64,000 nucleotides of DNA from Pristiophorus japonicus (Eukaryota): assembly GCF_044704955.1 (NCBI RefSeq), contig NC_091995.1:15934001-15998000 (forward strand). Reading direction: 5' to 3'. Position 1 is the stretch's first letter. Each line of letters begins with the position of its first letter. Under the pieces are notes generated by a model. The model did not search any database and had not been told where the DNA came from. It was given only the letters and a program-made list of their open reading frames with translations. Below, piece by piece: positions 50,751 to 63,830 of the stretch. The position numbers and the translations under genes are program-made.

Positions 50751-51258
50751 TATTCTGCTTCAAAAGTACTTTTTTTTGGTTGTAAAGGGTTTTGGGACAC
50801 CATGAGGTCAGAGAATGCGCTATATTAACGCACAAACTGTTCTTGCATCCATTATTTGTTCTATATATCTCTCTATCTCTACATATATCCCAAAAATGCT
50901 TTATTTGATACACATCAACCTTAGTTCTAATATCACTCTTTTTTTCTCCTGCCGTTATAGTTCTTGCAATTTTACAATTCTGTAAACATTTTCTTGTATA
51001 GATTAACTTTCAGCAATATTTGCTTCTAGATGATAAATGAACATGTTCAGAGTTACGGATAGATTTTTTTTAAATTGTCGATCAGATTAGAGTCAAAGAA
51101 TCATAGATATTTACAGCACAAAATGAAGCCATTTGGCCCTTCGTGTCTGTGCCGGCCGAAGAAGGGCTATCCAGCTTAATCCCACTTTCTACCTCTTGGT
51201 CCTCAGCCTTATAGGTAGCCATGGTTACCATTAAGCTATTAAATGCAATAAAGATTAT

Positions 51259-51918
51259 GGGCCGAAATTTGCAGCCTCCATGGGTGCGTAGGAGGGACAC
51301 ACACGCTTGTAGTGGCCGTTCATGTTTCAGGTTCAGGCATGTGAAGCGCGTGCGCTAAAACCTGGAACTTGCGATCTTTCAAGAACTAGAAAAGGGCCTG
51401 CGCGGGTGGAGAGTTGGTCTATTTGGCCAACTTTTGCCCAGTGAATGCCTGTGAAATCCTTATGCCTGCTTAAAGCAGGCCCATTGCAAGACTTTTACAG
51501 AACAGTAAAATAATGTTTTCAATCATTTATACATTTAACAACCTCTGTAATAAGAAACGTTTCTTGTTAGCCCTTTTAAAATATATACATTTATTTGTGA
51601 AAAAATATTTAATTAAATGACATTTTGATTAATTTTAAATGTGATGTTTTATTTATTTGATGTTAATGCGTATTTTGGTCGGTATTCCTATTCATAATTA
51701 TGAGGATTCTTTACATACGGAATTCTCAAACATGAATGGGGATCCCCTTTCTTCAATAGGTGGGCCTGTTCACGTGATGCCAGGGGCGCTTGTGAACCGC
51801 ATGCGCCCATGGGATATGTGGACCTCTCCAATCTCCAGGACCATCAGGTAAGTTTGTAGACATTTAGCTAGTCAGAGGCATCCGCCCGCACGAAGCCCCC
51901 GCCCACAAACTCGGGGCC
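51259..51918. mobile_element. MITE-like TIR element
   Basis: Termini gggccgaaatttg / caaactcggggcc; related to 46141-46832. Confidence 0.5.
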
Positions 51919-52289
51919 TTTATATTATCTACCGATTATATGCTGCCATTGGTGGAAGTTTGTTGAGCTTATGATTTTTACATGCTGTTTGGCTGCCTGT
52001 TCTACTAAACACTTGGAAACTGTATGTCTTGTGGCACACTTCAGTTAGTCTTTATTCACTCATTGGAACATCCCACGTTCATTATATTCCTTTCGAAAGC
52101 CATTTCAATATTAGCTTAGAAACATTTGGAGATTCATTCATAAAACACTAGATATCCACTGTATACTGTATTAATTTGAAGTATTTAATTCATTATGCAT
52201 TTTCTAATGTTAAAAGGAGATGGAATAACTATGGTGGGGTTCTCTATCGCTCTATCCCTCTCTCTCTCTTATTCCCTATGTAAACTTAC

Positions 52290-52643
52290 GTTTAACCATT
52301 AATACTGTGCCTGCTCCAGTGAATTTCCCGAAGAATAATATCTCCACCTGACAGTAATATGTGCCTGAATCATTGTGGTTCACATTTGCGATCGCGATGG
52401 AAGCATTTCGATTTGCTTTGAAAGTTGATCTCTGCACCTCTATAATTCTGCCCGAGTACTTTGCGGATGTACTGGACAACCTGGACCCTTCTGTTCCATC
52501 TCTTACATCTTTGAACCAAGAGAACGCCCCGGTGTGTTGCACTTCAGATGTGTTGTAAGTACAGAGCAGATGGACTGTCTCTCCCTCGGTAGCCTCAATG
52601 GAAGGTGGTGTTTGAAACACTTTGATCTTTCTGTCGATTTCCG
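52290..52643 (-). CDS. NCR3: Gene C V domain 2 (VJ-type)
   Basis: Acceptor tcttacag|, donor C|gtaagt. VFQTPPSIEATEGETVHLLC...FSWFKD...DSGTYYCQVEILFFGKFTGAGTVLMV closely parallels NKp30 CRVEVLGLGVGTGNGTRLVV. Confidence 0.93.
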
Positions 52644-52883
52644 CTGTAAGATACATGCCCAGTGAAGTGTACATACAAAATGCGACAGCTCTTCCCCATC
52701 TACAATAGCTCGGACAACACTATCATGTCAAACTCGATTCTGTTTTACCATATACCTCGAAGCCACCCGTCAACAAACGCAGTTAACGTGCTGACAAGGC
52801 TATTTCGCTTTGTATAAAAACTAATATAAAGAGGTCATTTTATCAGTAGTACTGTAATCTAACACCAAGAAATAGTTTCAATT

Positions 52884-53102
52884 ATAAATAAGAGAAAATG
52901 CTGGAAATTCTAACAGGTGAGGCAGCATCTGTGGAGAGAGAGAAACAGAGTTAACATTTCAGGTCGATGACCCTTCCACGGGTCATCCACCTAAAAGTTA
53001 ACTCTGTTTCTCTTTCCACAGATGCTACTTGACCTGCTGAGAATAACCAGCACTTTCTTCTTTATTTCCGATTCCAACATCCGCAGTAGTTTGCTTTTGT
53101 TA
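52884..53102. mobile_element. Short palindromic (hairpin) insertion with a 14-bp target-site duplication, Penelope-like
   Basis: Inverted arms ~52894-52973 and ~52980-53057; aaatagtttcaatt direct repeats at 52870-52883 and 53103-53116. Confidence 0.7.
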
Positions 53103-53409
53103 AAATAGTTTCAATTGGTGTTCTAAATCTCATTCGTCTATAAGTCTGATCAATTTAGATCTCAATCATTCAACGAGTTTGAGACAAACTCTATTGTAAC
53201 GATTTACTTCATATGATGAATATTTTCTCAGCTGCACGCTATGCCATGATATAATTCTAACTTATGTGGTATTATCTAGACCCTCACGGCTGTAGAAGTA
53301 AGGCCCACAATCCGCTAGTTATTATTGACACAGGGGTGCCCCGCTCAGAGTTAGAACAGAACCGCCAGTAAACACAGCTGCCATATATTACTTAACTAAA
53401 TAAGTACAT

Positions 53410-54110
53410 AATAATTAGAAGCCAGAGTAAGCCATATGGCCCCTCGAGCCTGCACCATCATTCAATAATATCCTGGCTGATCTTCCACCTCAGCTCTACT
53501 TTCCTGCCCTATCCCCATATCCCTTGATTGCCTTGGATATCAAAATTCTATAAATCTCAGCCTTGAATATACTCAATGACTGAGCATCCACAGCCCTCTG
53601 GGCTAGAGAATTCTAAAGACTCAAAACTCTGAGTGAAGAGATTTCTCCTCAAATCAGTCCTAAATGGCCGACCCCTTATCCAGAGACTATGTCCCCGAGT
53701 TCTAGACTCTCTAGCCAAGGGAATCAGCTTCTCACCATCTACCCCGTCAAGCGCTCTCAGAATCTTATATACTTCAATGGGAACACCTCCCTTTCTTCTA
53801 AACTCCAGAGAGTATAGGCCTATTCTACTCAATCTCTCATAGGACAAACCTCTCATCCCAGGATTAAATTAGTGAACCTTCGTTGCACCCTTTGTAAACC
53901 AAGGATACAGGAACTAAAACTGTGCACAGTACTCCAGGTCTGGTCTCACCAAAGCCCTGTACAATTGCACCAAGACTTCCTTATTATTGTACTCCAACCC
54001 CCTTGCAATAAAGGCCATTTGCCTTCCTATTAGCCTTCTGTGTTTTGTGCATAAGGACACCTAAATCCCTCTAATTACCAAAATTTTACAGTTTTTCACC
54101 ATTTAAAAAA
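53410..54110 (-). mobile_element. CR1 3' fragment
   Basis: ORF 53557-53856 (IGLYSLEFRR) and CR1 tail. Confidence 0.85.
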
Positions 54111-54253
54111 TAATTCAGAAAAACACACTAAACCCAATGTACTCATGGCCCAAACATAGACAGTTCCCCAAGCAGTGTCTTGCTCCTTGAAGAAAAGTGG
54201 ACCATATAAACTTCACGTTAGCTAGAGAGCAAGACAATGTTGAATAAACGTAC

Positions 54254-54598
54254 GTTTCACAGTCAGTATTGTGCCCGGACCGGTTTTTGTTCCGACATCA
54301 AACATTTCAACTTGGCAGTAGTATATTCCTGAATCTGCTAGTCTTGTCATGATAATGGTAATGGACGCATCTTTGTTTGCTCTGAAGGATTGTCTATCGC
54401 TCATAGCAATTCGGCCAATGTATTCTGTAGAATTGTCAGAAACCATACATGATCTGTTCTTGCATTCCTTATACCACCTGAATGCACCATTGGTTTGCCT
54501 TTCTGGAGTAATATAGGTACAGGGTAAGTGTACGTTCTCCCTTTCAAAGACATCAATTGAAGGAGTCTGAATTATTATGATGCCATCAGAGTGGGCTC
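54254..54598 (-). CDS. NCR3: Gene C V domain 1 (VJ-type, extra Cys pair)
   Basis: Acceptor tttggcag|, donor C|gtacgt. Motifs HLPCTY, FRWYKECKNRSC, DSGIYYCQVEMFDVGTKTGPGTILTV. Confidence 0.92.
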
Positions 54599-55576
54599 CT
54601 GCCAAACAAACATCTAATTAACAACTTTAAACAAACGTTTTCATATGGAACATCAGCATCATGCCTTATTCTTATGCTTATATCCATTTCCTGTCATGCT
54701 AATCATACCGCGTTGTGTTCAAAAAAGTTATTTCATGGAATGTGGGCGTCGCCAGAAAGACGAGCATTTATTGCCCATCCCTAATTGCCCATGAGAAGGT
54801 GGTGGTGAGCCAATCCTTGAATACAACTGAGTGGCTCGCTAAGCCATTTCAGAGGGGCAGTTAAGAGTCAACCACGTTGCTGTAGGTCTGGAGTCACATA
54901 TATGCCAAACCAGGTAAGGGTAGCAGATTTCCCTCCTTAAGAACATTAGTGAACCAGATGGGTTTTTACTCCAATCCAGTAGTTTCATGGCTCACTTACT
55001 GATACTAGCTTTTTATTCCAGATTTAGTTAATTGAATTTAAATTCGCCAGCTGCCGTGGTGGGATTTGAAATCCTGTCTGCCAGATCATTAGTCCAGACC
55101 TCTGAATTACTAGTCCAGTAACATAGCCACTGTTCTGCCGGATTCCAATTGTGCCACAGAATTGTATAATTCTCAACAAATAAAAAGGGTATTATGTCCA
55201 TACTCCACCAGAAATTGGCTACATCAATTTCCGGATCTGCCACCATAATCAGCGACAGATAATCAGAAGGCCTGGACAATGCATGTTTCTGCCAAACTGT
55301 CAGCAAAGTTATCGTGGGCATTTGGGAGAACAAATCCCATCCCTATGCTCGACTTGGGGACCGGCACAATAGGTCAAATATCAGTGTGTCTTTTCAATGG
55401 AACACCAGTTTCCCCACAAGTAAATATGAAAAGAAACCGACGAGCAGAACCACACAATGAGTTGAAATAAATGTAATAAAACATACCACTGATCTAGCTG
55501 ACAAAATTAAATTACAAAGGAGAACATTTGCCAGACTATACAACAACGAACTGTAGTAAGGAAAGAAATAACTTAC

Positions 55577-55619
55577 CAAAGAGTAGCATCAATGGCCACA
55601 GCAGGTCAGCGGGTTTCAT
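55577..55619 (-). CDS. NCR3: Gene C leader exon MKPADLLWPLMLLF
   Basis: ATG at 55619, hydrophobic core, consensus donor G|gtaagt, phase 1. Confidence 0.8.
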
Positions 55620-56287
55620 TGCTTCACAGTGACCTAGGAATCACAGCAATTATTAAAAGCCCCTTCTTTTAATTATAACATATTATACAGGAGCCAAAGT
55701 ACAGGTCTGACACGATAACGCTCCCTACAGTCCCCTAATAATTCCTCATCTTCTCGACCATGGCCACTGAAGGCATGATTGTGTGCACATTAAAACCGTC
55801 CATTCAGATAGTCCCATTACCAACTCTAAAGGTAATCCTGTATTTACAAAACGGATAAGATCCCTATGCATAAGTTAAAGATTTTTGTTCCTGCATTTCT
55901 ATAATTGGAACAGAGAGCGAAGAACAACTAAAGCAAAAATGTCAATAATTCAGATATCTGCAAGAAAAATCTGACAGAAGTAAAGGATGAAATTAACGTG
56001 TTCTTCTGAGAAATATTTGTTCTTCAAGCAGCAGCTAAAATAAACCATTTAATCACCACAACAGATGAGCCCCTCCCGTAATACATGAAATGGCAACAAT
56101 TCAATAAGCTGTGAAATAGCTCGGAAATTACTCACAATGAAACCTACCTCATGCTGTTTCAGGTCGGAGTGATTGGATAAGCAAATAATGGAAGAAAGAA
56201 AGGCTTGGATTTATATAGTGCGTTTCACGTCTCAAAGCGCTTTGCAGCCATTGAAGTACTTTTGGAGTATAGTCGCTGTTGTAATAA

Positions 56288-57365
56288 TAAGAACATAAGA
56301 AATAGAAGCGGGAGTCGGTCATACGGCCCCTCGAACCTGCTCCGCCATTTAATACAATCATGGCTGATCCGATCATGGACTCAGGTCCACTTCCCTGCCT
56401 GCACCCCATAACACCTTATCGGTTAAGAAACTGTTTATCTCTGTCTTAAATTTATTCAATGTCCCCGATTCCACAGACATCTGAGGCAGAGAATTCCACA
56501 GATTTACAACCTCTGAGAAAAGAAATTCCTCCTCATCTCAGTTTTAAATGGGCGGCCCCTTATTCCAAGATTATGCCCCCTAATTATAGTCTCACCTAAC
56601 AGTGGAAATATCCTCTCTGCATCCACCTAGTCAAGCCCGCTCATAATCTTAAAGGTTTCGATAAGATCACCTCTCATTCTTCTGAATTCCAATGAGTAGA
56701 GGACTAACCTCCTCAAACTTTCCTCATAAGTCAACCCCCTCATCACCAGAATCAAGCTAGTGAGCCTTCTCTGAACTACCTCCAAAGCAAGTATATCCTT
56801 TCTTAAATATAGAAACCAAAACTGTATGCAGTATTTTAGGTGTGGCCTCACCAATACCCTGTATAACTGTAGCAAGACTGCCCTGCTTTGATACTCCAAC
56901 CTCTTTGCAACAAAGGCCAAGATTCCATTGGCCTTCCTGATCACTTGCTGTACCTGCACATGAAGCTTTTGTATTTTATGCACCAGTACTCCCAGGTCCC
57001 GCAGCACTTTGCAATTTTTCTCCATTTAAATAATGACTTGCTCTTCAATTTTTTTCTGCCAAAGTGCATAACCTCACATTTTTCAACATTATACTCCATC
57101 TGTCAAATTTTTGCCCACTCATTTAGCGTGTCTATGTCCGTTTGCATATTTTGTATGTCCTCCTCAATAATTGCTTTTCCTCCCATCTTTTTATCATCAG
57201 CAAACCAGTCTACGTTACACTCAGTCCCTTAATCCAAGTCATTAATATATATTCTAAATAGTTCTGATCCCCGAACTGATTCCTGCGACACCCCACTTGT
57301 TATTGAATGCCAACCCGAGAAGGAACCATTTATCCCGAATCTCTGTTTTCTGTTAGTTAGACAAT
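56288..57365 (-). mobile_element. CR1 LINE fragment splitting a DeuSINE (halves ~56195-56287 and ~57375-57692)
   Basis: ORF 56627-57025 (LYRVLVRPHLKYCIQFW); aagaacat tail. Confidence 0.88.
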
Positions 57366-58594
57366 CCCGACGAAAGAAACACCGCAGCAATTTGCACACA
57401 AGCAAGCTCCCACAAATGACAAGATAATAGGTTTTTTGAGGGATAAATATTGGCCAGGACACGGAGAATAACACCTGCTTTTCTTCGAAATAGTGCTATC
57501 GGATCTTTTACATCATCTTGTGAGATCAGACGGGACCACGGTTTAACGTCTCATATGAAAGACGGCACCTCTGCAATGCAGCACTGCATTGGAGTGCCAG
57601 CCTATATTTTTGTGCTCAAGTCCCTGGAGTGCGACTTGAACCCATAAGCTCCTGACTCAGAGGTGAATATGCTACCCACTGAGCCACAGCTGGCAGGAAA
57701 ATTGAGCACATGGAATTTCCAGTGGAAGAATATTTAAAGCAGTCAACAATAGATCATGCCAGAAATAGGGAAGTCATTATTTTGATTTGTTCCTAGAACA
57801 TTAACAATGCTTTTCTCGCGTGCTTTAGATAGATAAATAAAATCCCCCTCTCCATAAATTAAACTCTACATATATTATGGGGAACAGCTATTTCTTGTCA
57901 ATATCGTTAACCAAATCTGAAGAAATACAAGATATATCTTTTCAATATTTCTACTTGCCCTTTACCATTTTTTCAATATTATCTAATAAGAATTTGGCCG
58001 GGTGGTCAGGTTGAGTTCAGTCGCTGAATATTGTGACAGACAGGGTTAGAGAATAGTTTGTGTTTTGAAGAGAGTGGAAAAGAATTTTAACAAACAGGTC
58101 TGACGCTAGGTACTCTGGTATTGGAAATGTAGTGTAAGACATGAATAGAGCCACTTGTGAGATATATCAGGAAGATATAAGAGAGAGAAGACCATGTATG
58201 GCAGGTGTGGTTACATATACAAAAGGAAAATGAACAGAGATACATTGTATTTTGCAGGCGTCATCTGTATTTCAGACAAGATATTAAACTAAGGCCTTGT
58301 CTTCCCACTCAGGTGGACGTAGATGATCCCATGGCATTCTTTCGAAGAGTAGCGGAGTTCTTCCTGGTGTCCAGGTCAATATTCATCCCTCAAATCAATA
58401 TCACTAAAGAAACAGATTAACTGGTCATTATCACATTGCTATTTGTGGAAGTTAGTTGTGCGCAAATTGGCAGCCACGTTTCCTACATTACAACAGAGGT
58501 TAGACTTCAAAAGTACTTAATTGTCTGTAAAATGCTTTGGGACAACCTGAGAATGTGGAAGACCCTATAAAAATATGTTATTTTTAGTAATATC

Positions 58595-59460
58595 ATAGAA
58601 CATAAGAACATAAGAATTAGGAGAAGGTTTAGACCATTCAGCCAATGAGCCTGCTCCTCCATTCAATGAGATCATGGCTGATCTTCTACCTCATCACTTT
58701 CCTGCATTATCCCCATATTCCTTGATTTCCTTAATATCCACAAATCTATTGATCTCCATCTTGGAATATACTCAAAGACTGAGCATCCACAGCCCTCTAG
58801 GATAGAGAATTCGAAAGATTCACCACCCTCTGAGTGAAGAAATTATCATCTCGGTCGTAAATGGTCGACCCCTTATTCTGAGACTATGACCACTGGTTCT
58901 AAACTCCTCAGCTAGAGAAAACATCCTCCCTGCAGCTACCCTGTCAAGCCCTGTAAGAATTATGTATGTGTCAATGAGATCACCTCTCATTCTTCTAATC
59001 TCTAGAGAACACACGCCCAGTCTACTCAATCACTCCTTGTGGGACAATCTCCCCATCCCTGGAATCAGGTTGGTGAACCTTCGTTACACTCCCTGAATGG
59101 CAAGTATATCCTTCCTTAGATAAGGAAAGCAAAACAGTACACAATAGTCTAACCAGGGCCCCTATATAGTTGCAGTGAAATGTCTTTATTCTTATGCTCA
59201 AATCCCCTGGTAATAAAGGTCAACATACCATTTGCATTCTTAATTGCTTGCTGTACCTACATGTTATTTGTGTACAAGCACACTGAGGTCTCTCGGAACA
59301 ACAACTTTTCCCAATCTCTCACCATTTAAAAAATGCTCTGCTTTTCTATTTTTCCTAGCAACGTGGATAACTTCACATTTCTCACATTATGTTCCATTTG
59401 CTATGTTCTTTCCCATTCACTTTGTTCTTTCCCATTCACTTAGCCTGTCTATATCCCTTA
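58595..59460 (-). mobile_element. CR1 3' fragment (DeuSINE fragment adjacent at ~58255-58580)
   Basis: ORF 58820-59029 and (agaacata)n tail. Confidence 0.82.
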
Positions 59461-60639
59461 TATGTAGAATGTACTGTTTATACATTAGAATAGATTAATA
59501 TAATGGTGTGACGTTAGGAAAATATAACTAAATCTAAAAATTTACAGTATACCTCGGTTCCTGAGTGGCTTGTACTTAATCTTTCTTAGGTTATTGTGAG
59601 CAGTCAAGACAATATGCTTGCAACATCCAATGAGTCCAGTATAGGTACGTATCTTTAAGTACCAGTCTCATGGGCACTGCGTGTAATGGGTTGCATTAAT
59701 GATTTGATGAACAAAGAATAGCTAGCAGATGGGTCAGTATTTCATGTTCCTCGAACTTGTATCAAGGGTAAGGATAAAGTCAGTCCTACAAAGCTAAAAG
59801 AAAAGCAATGAGTGAACAGAACTCAGCTTTGACAAAGGTATGGAGCAGACAGAAGGGGCTGCAGAAAATCAAAGGAACAGGTTCAGATGAGAACATATGT
59901 CCGACATAATTGACAACATACCTGGTGGTGGACTAACTGCAGTGAGGGTGGGGTGGCTAAGGACGAGGGAGACTAGAGAAATCTGAATGGAGTATGTGTT
60001 GTATGTGAGAGTGAGCAGAATTGATTATTTAAACAGAGAAGGAACTAGAGTTAAAGCAATCACAAATACAGATGGACTGGGTCAATTGAAGTAAGAAGGA
60101 GATGGAAATAATTATATGCCGAGAGAAAACGCCAGCTGAAACTTAAAAAGAAGGAAGGTTAAGGATGTGTCATTTGATTTTATAGGCCTTGCGTGGGAAT
60201 TAAGGGTTGCAATAAGTGATCTTAATAATGGAAAGGTACTCAGGCATTGATAACGTTCCAACAGAATTAGGTAGTAACATGGGACAGGAGGCAACAAATT
60301 ATCTCATTTATTTATGTAAATCGTTGTATTTGAAAAGGGTTAGTTAAATAATTTCCTGAAAGCAATCATGATACCTGTGGAAATAAAATCGGTACCACCA
60401 GTTTAATTCCACGGGCCTCAAAGATTCTGCTCATGTTACTTACAAGAAGGTTAAAAAATAAAAAACAGAACAATGTAACGGCAACAATCCATATAGGTTT
60501 TTCAGAAGATGTGTTGCAGGAAAGGCAGTAAGGGTAATGAGAGTTCGAAGTGAGAGGACAATTAAACACAATCGTGAGGGGCTTTGTAGATTTCAAAAAC
60601 TCCTTTTATAGAATGAACTGTATCAAACTAATGGATGTA

Positions 60640-61000
60640 CTAAAAACCTTGGTGTGGATGAGAGATTTACATCTGATAAAGGCAAGGTCTGATGGTTTTG
60701 GGGGTAATATATTAGCATGGATTGAGGATTGGTTAATGGACAGAATACAGAGAGTAGGAATAAATAGGAGTTTTTCAAGTTGGCACATGGTAACTTGTAC
60801 GGTACCGCAAGGATCAGTGTTTGGGCCTCAGCAATTTACAATCCATATTAATGACTTAGATGGAGGGACTGAGTGTAATGTATCCAAGTTTGCTGAGGAT
60901 ACAAAGTTAGGTGGGAAAGTAAACTGTGAGTAGGACACAAAGAGGCTGTAATAGGGTATAGACAGGTCAACTGAGCCTGCAAGATCATGGCAAATGGAAT
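60640..61000 (+). mobile_element. CR1 RT fragment
   Basis: WIEDWL..R.QRVGIN, VPQGSVFGP, INDLD, KFAEDTKLGG. Confidence 0.82.
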
Positions 61001-61227
61001 ACAGCTAGTGAACGCTAGCATATTTGAAGATGGCAAAGCTTCAGTGGTTACTTTACTGAATTTGTAATCCAGAGAACTGGATTTATAATCAAAGAATATG
61101 AATTCAAATCCCACTATTGCAGATTGAATATTCAAATTCACTTTAAGAACTCTGGAAATAAAAAGCTGGCATAATAACTGTGACCATGAAGCTGTCGGGC
61201 TATCGTAAAAATCGAACTTTATTAGAG

Positions 61228-61680
61228 GTGGCTCAGTTGGTATCATTCGCCTTTGAGTCAAAAGGTTGTTTGTTCACGTCCTACTCTGGGCATTTGAGCA
61301 TGAAAATCTAACCTGAAATTTTAGTGCAGTACTGAGGGAATGCTGCATTGAGGGAGATGCCGTCTTTCAGATCAGACATTAAACAGATGTCCTGTCTGCT
61401 GTCTCAGGTGGACGTAAATGATCCTACAGCACTATTTCGAACAGGAGCAGGGGAGTTCTCCCGTGTCCAGACCAATATTTATCCCTCAATCAACATCATT
61501 AATTATCTGGCCATTATCTCAGTGCTATTTGTGGGAGCTAGCTGTGCGCAAATTAACTACCGTGTTTCCTACATTACAACAGCGACTACACTTCAAAGTA
61601 GTACTTCTATGTAGATAAAGCACTTTGGGATGTCCGGTGGTCATGAAATGCGCTACAGAAGTACAAGTCTTTCTTTGTTT
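61228..61680 (+). mobile_element. DeuSINE (SacSINE1-like)
   Basis: gtggctcagttggt head plus Deu core. Confidence 0.8.
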
Positions 61681-63830
61681 CACCGTTTCAATAATGTTCT
61701 TTACATACTTACATAGAAAATAGGTGCAGGAGTAGGCCATTGGGCCCTTCGAGCCTGCACAGATACATAGTAGTATCTTATATTAACAGCACAGAAACTA
61801 AACTTTTGGCCAAACAGGTCCATGTCAGTGTATATGCACCAAACGCACCTCCTCCTACTCTATTTCGTTTGACCCCATCAACAAGTCCTTCTATTCCTTT
61901 CTCCTTTATGCGTTTATCTAACTTCTCCTTAAGTGCATCTCTGCCTCAAATACTTATTGTGGTAGCGAGTTCCATATTCTCACCAGCCTGAGTAAATAAA
62001 TGTCACCTTCATCTTCTCAAGGGCATCCTGATACAAACGCACATATCAAATTTCTCTGGCAGCCTGACTTTCTCTTCCTTCAGCGCCAACGTTTGGTGCC
62101 AACTGCACCACACTCCATATCAAACGCTTCCCTAATCTTGTCTTCAGTCAATATCTTCCTCATTTAATTAAATGTAATATTTTCCATTCAAAATACCAGC
62201 TTTGACCTCCTTTGCACATTTGTCATCGTCATTCATTATAATTTCCAAATATTTACATCGTCTCTCACCTGATCCAGCAATTCCTACTTTATTACAAAGC
62301 TCACACTTTTACCTGCATTCCTAGAAACCTTCAAAACTTTGGTCTTACACACACTTATCTTCGTCCATCATCCATTTAATAGCATTGAAGCCACCAAAAA
62401 CTTCAGACAATTTCACTTTAAAAGAGATTCTTGGGACGCGGGTGTTGCTGGCAACACTGAAATTCATTATCCATCTGTGGTTGCCCTGAGAATGTGAAGG
62501 GCCTTCTTGTAGCAGTTGGATACAATTGAGTGGCTTGGTAGGCCACTTGAGGGGGTCGCGATGAACATGGCCAATAAATGTCGGCCTTGCCAGCGAAGTG
62601 GGACTAGCTGATGTGCTCATGCAAGAGAGCCGGCTCGGGCTCGATGCGCTGAATTGCATCCATCAGTTTTCTATTTTCTACGAATGTTAAAAGTGAACTA
62701 CATACTCTCTAGCGCATGATATTAAGTAAAATATGATTGCAACAGATGCTGCTAATTGTAAGTCTAGACTACTTTTATACTTCAAGCATTAACATTTCAT
62801 GGGCACACACCATGCTGCGTACTTTCAAAGACCTTGGTATCTATTTTGATGCAGAACACGAACACTGTATAATTCCATAGTAATCCTCATGCTTAGTACT
62901 ACACAACAATGCAGCTTGATTAGGATTAGGTAGTTTAATATGAACCAGCTCATTCCTTTTAGCTTAGTTCTAAGAAAACTGGAACTGATGAGAATATTAC
63001 TTGGGTTATTGCTCTGTAGCAGGTGCTTAAATGCTTCCAACTATCATTCTACTCTTGCGTGCCTGGAGTTTAGAATGTTTATACTTGGAATTTTTCACCC
63101 TATTGTTACATTGATCAATTTCACTTTGCTAGTAGCACTTTATATTTTTTTTTTAGCAAACTTCTAAACCTTCATTTCAAATCAATCGAAAATGAAAACA
63201 AAACACTTCCGTTAATTGTGACGTACTATTAATCATCTCCTGGACACGCAGAACCTACTTCTGATGCAGTGCCATAGATGTAGAAAAAAAACAGGAATGT
63301 ATAGAAGTGAAAACAAGATGCCATCATTGATTAACTGCTTACAAGGAAGAAAGACAAAATCTTAAAGTAAGTCATGAAATATTGACAGAGGCCTATTTTT
63401 CTACATAATTTGTTGGGTCTTAAGACCAAACGCGAGCTGAACAGGTGTGTACACGGGGTGAGTTTCACATTCCAAAAGATTCCGTAGTGACGTGCATAAA
63501 CTTCCCTTTTAGCTATTTTCACTTGCATCAAATATATCTAAGGATATAGATGCATGGATGAAATTTTTAAAAAGAAATGGGCACTACGATTTTAAATATC
63601 TGCCCTCGACAAAGAGGCAAACATTCAGAACATATCACTTACCGTTTAGTGCTCGCTATGCTCAGAATATTTTGTAGCACTTCCCTTCGTCTGGGATTAC
63701 TTACATTTGGAGGAGATTTCTGTCAACAGGCGAACTTGTGAACCAATCAGGATAAGCCAGGTCAAATCGAATGCGTTAGAAAGCGGATCTTGTAGCACTA
63801 ACGGGAAATAATCATCAAATCATGCTGACT

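Larger units (their letters stand above)
49257..55619 (-). other. NCR3: Gene C: two-V-domain NCR3/NKp30-like activating receptor (328 aa)
   Basis: Leader 55619-55577, V1 54598-54254, V2 52643-52290, TM/tail 49501-49257. All junctions are phase-1 GT-AG and give a 987-nt ORF. Family-level symbol. Confidence 0.83.

Noticed and set aside
55625-55665. CACAGTG heptamers (55625, also ~6765 and ~40085) as RSS
   Set aside because: No convincing ACAAAAACC nonamer at 12- or 23-bp spacing, and none flanks a V exon.
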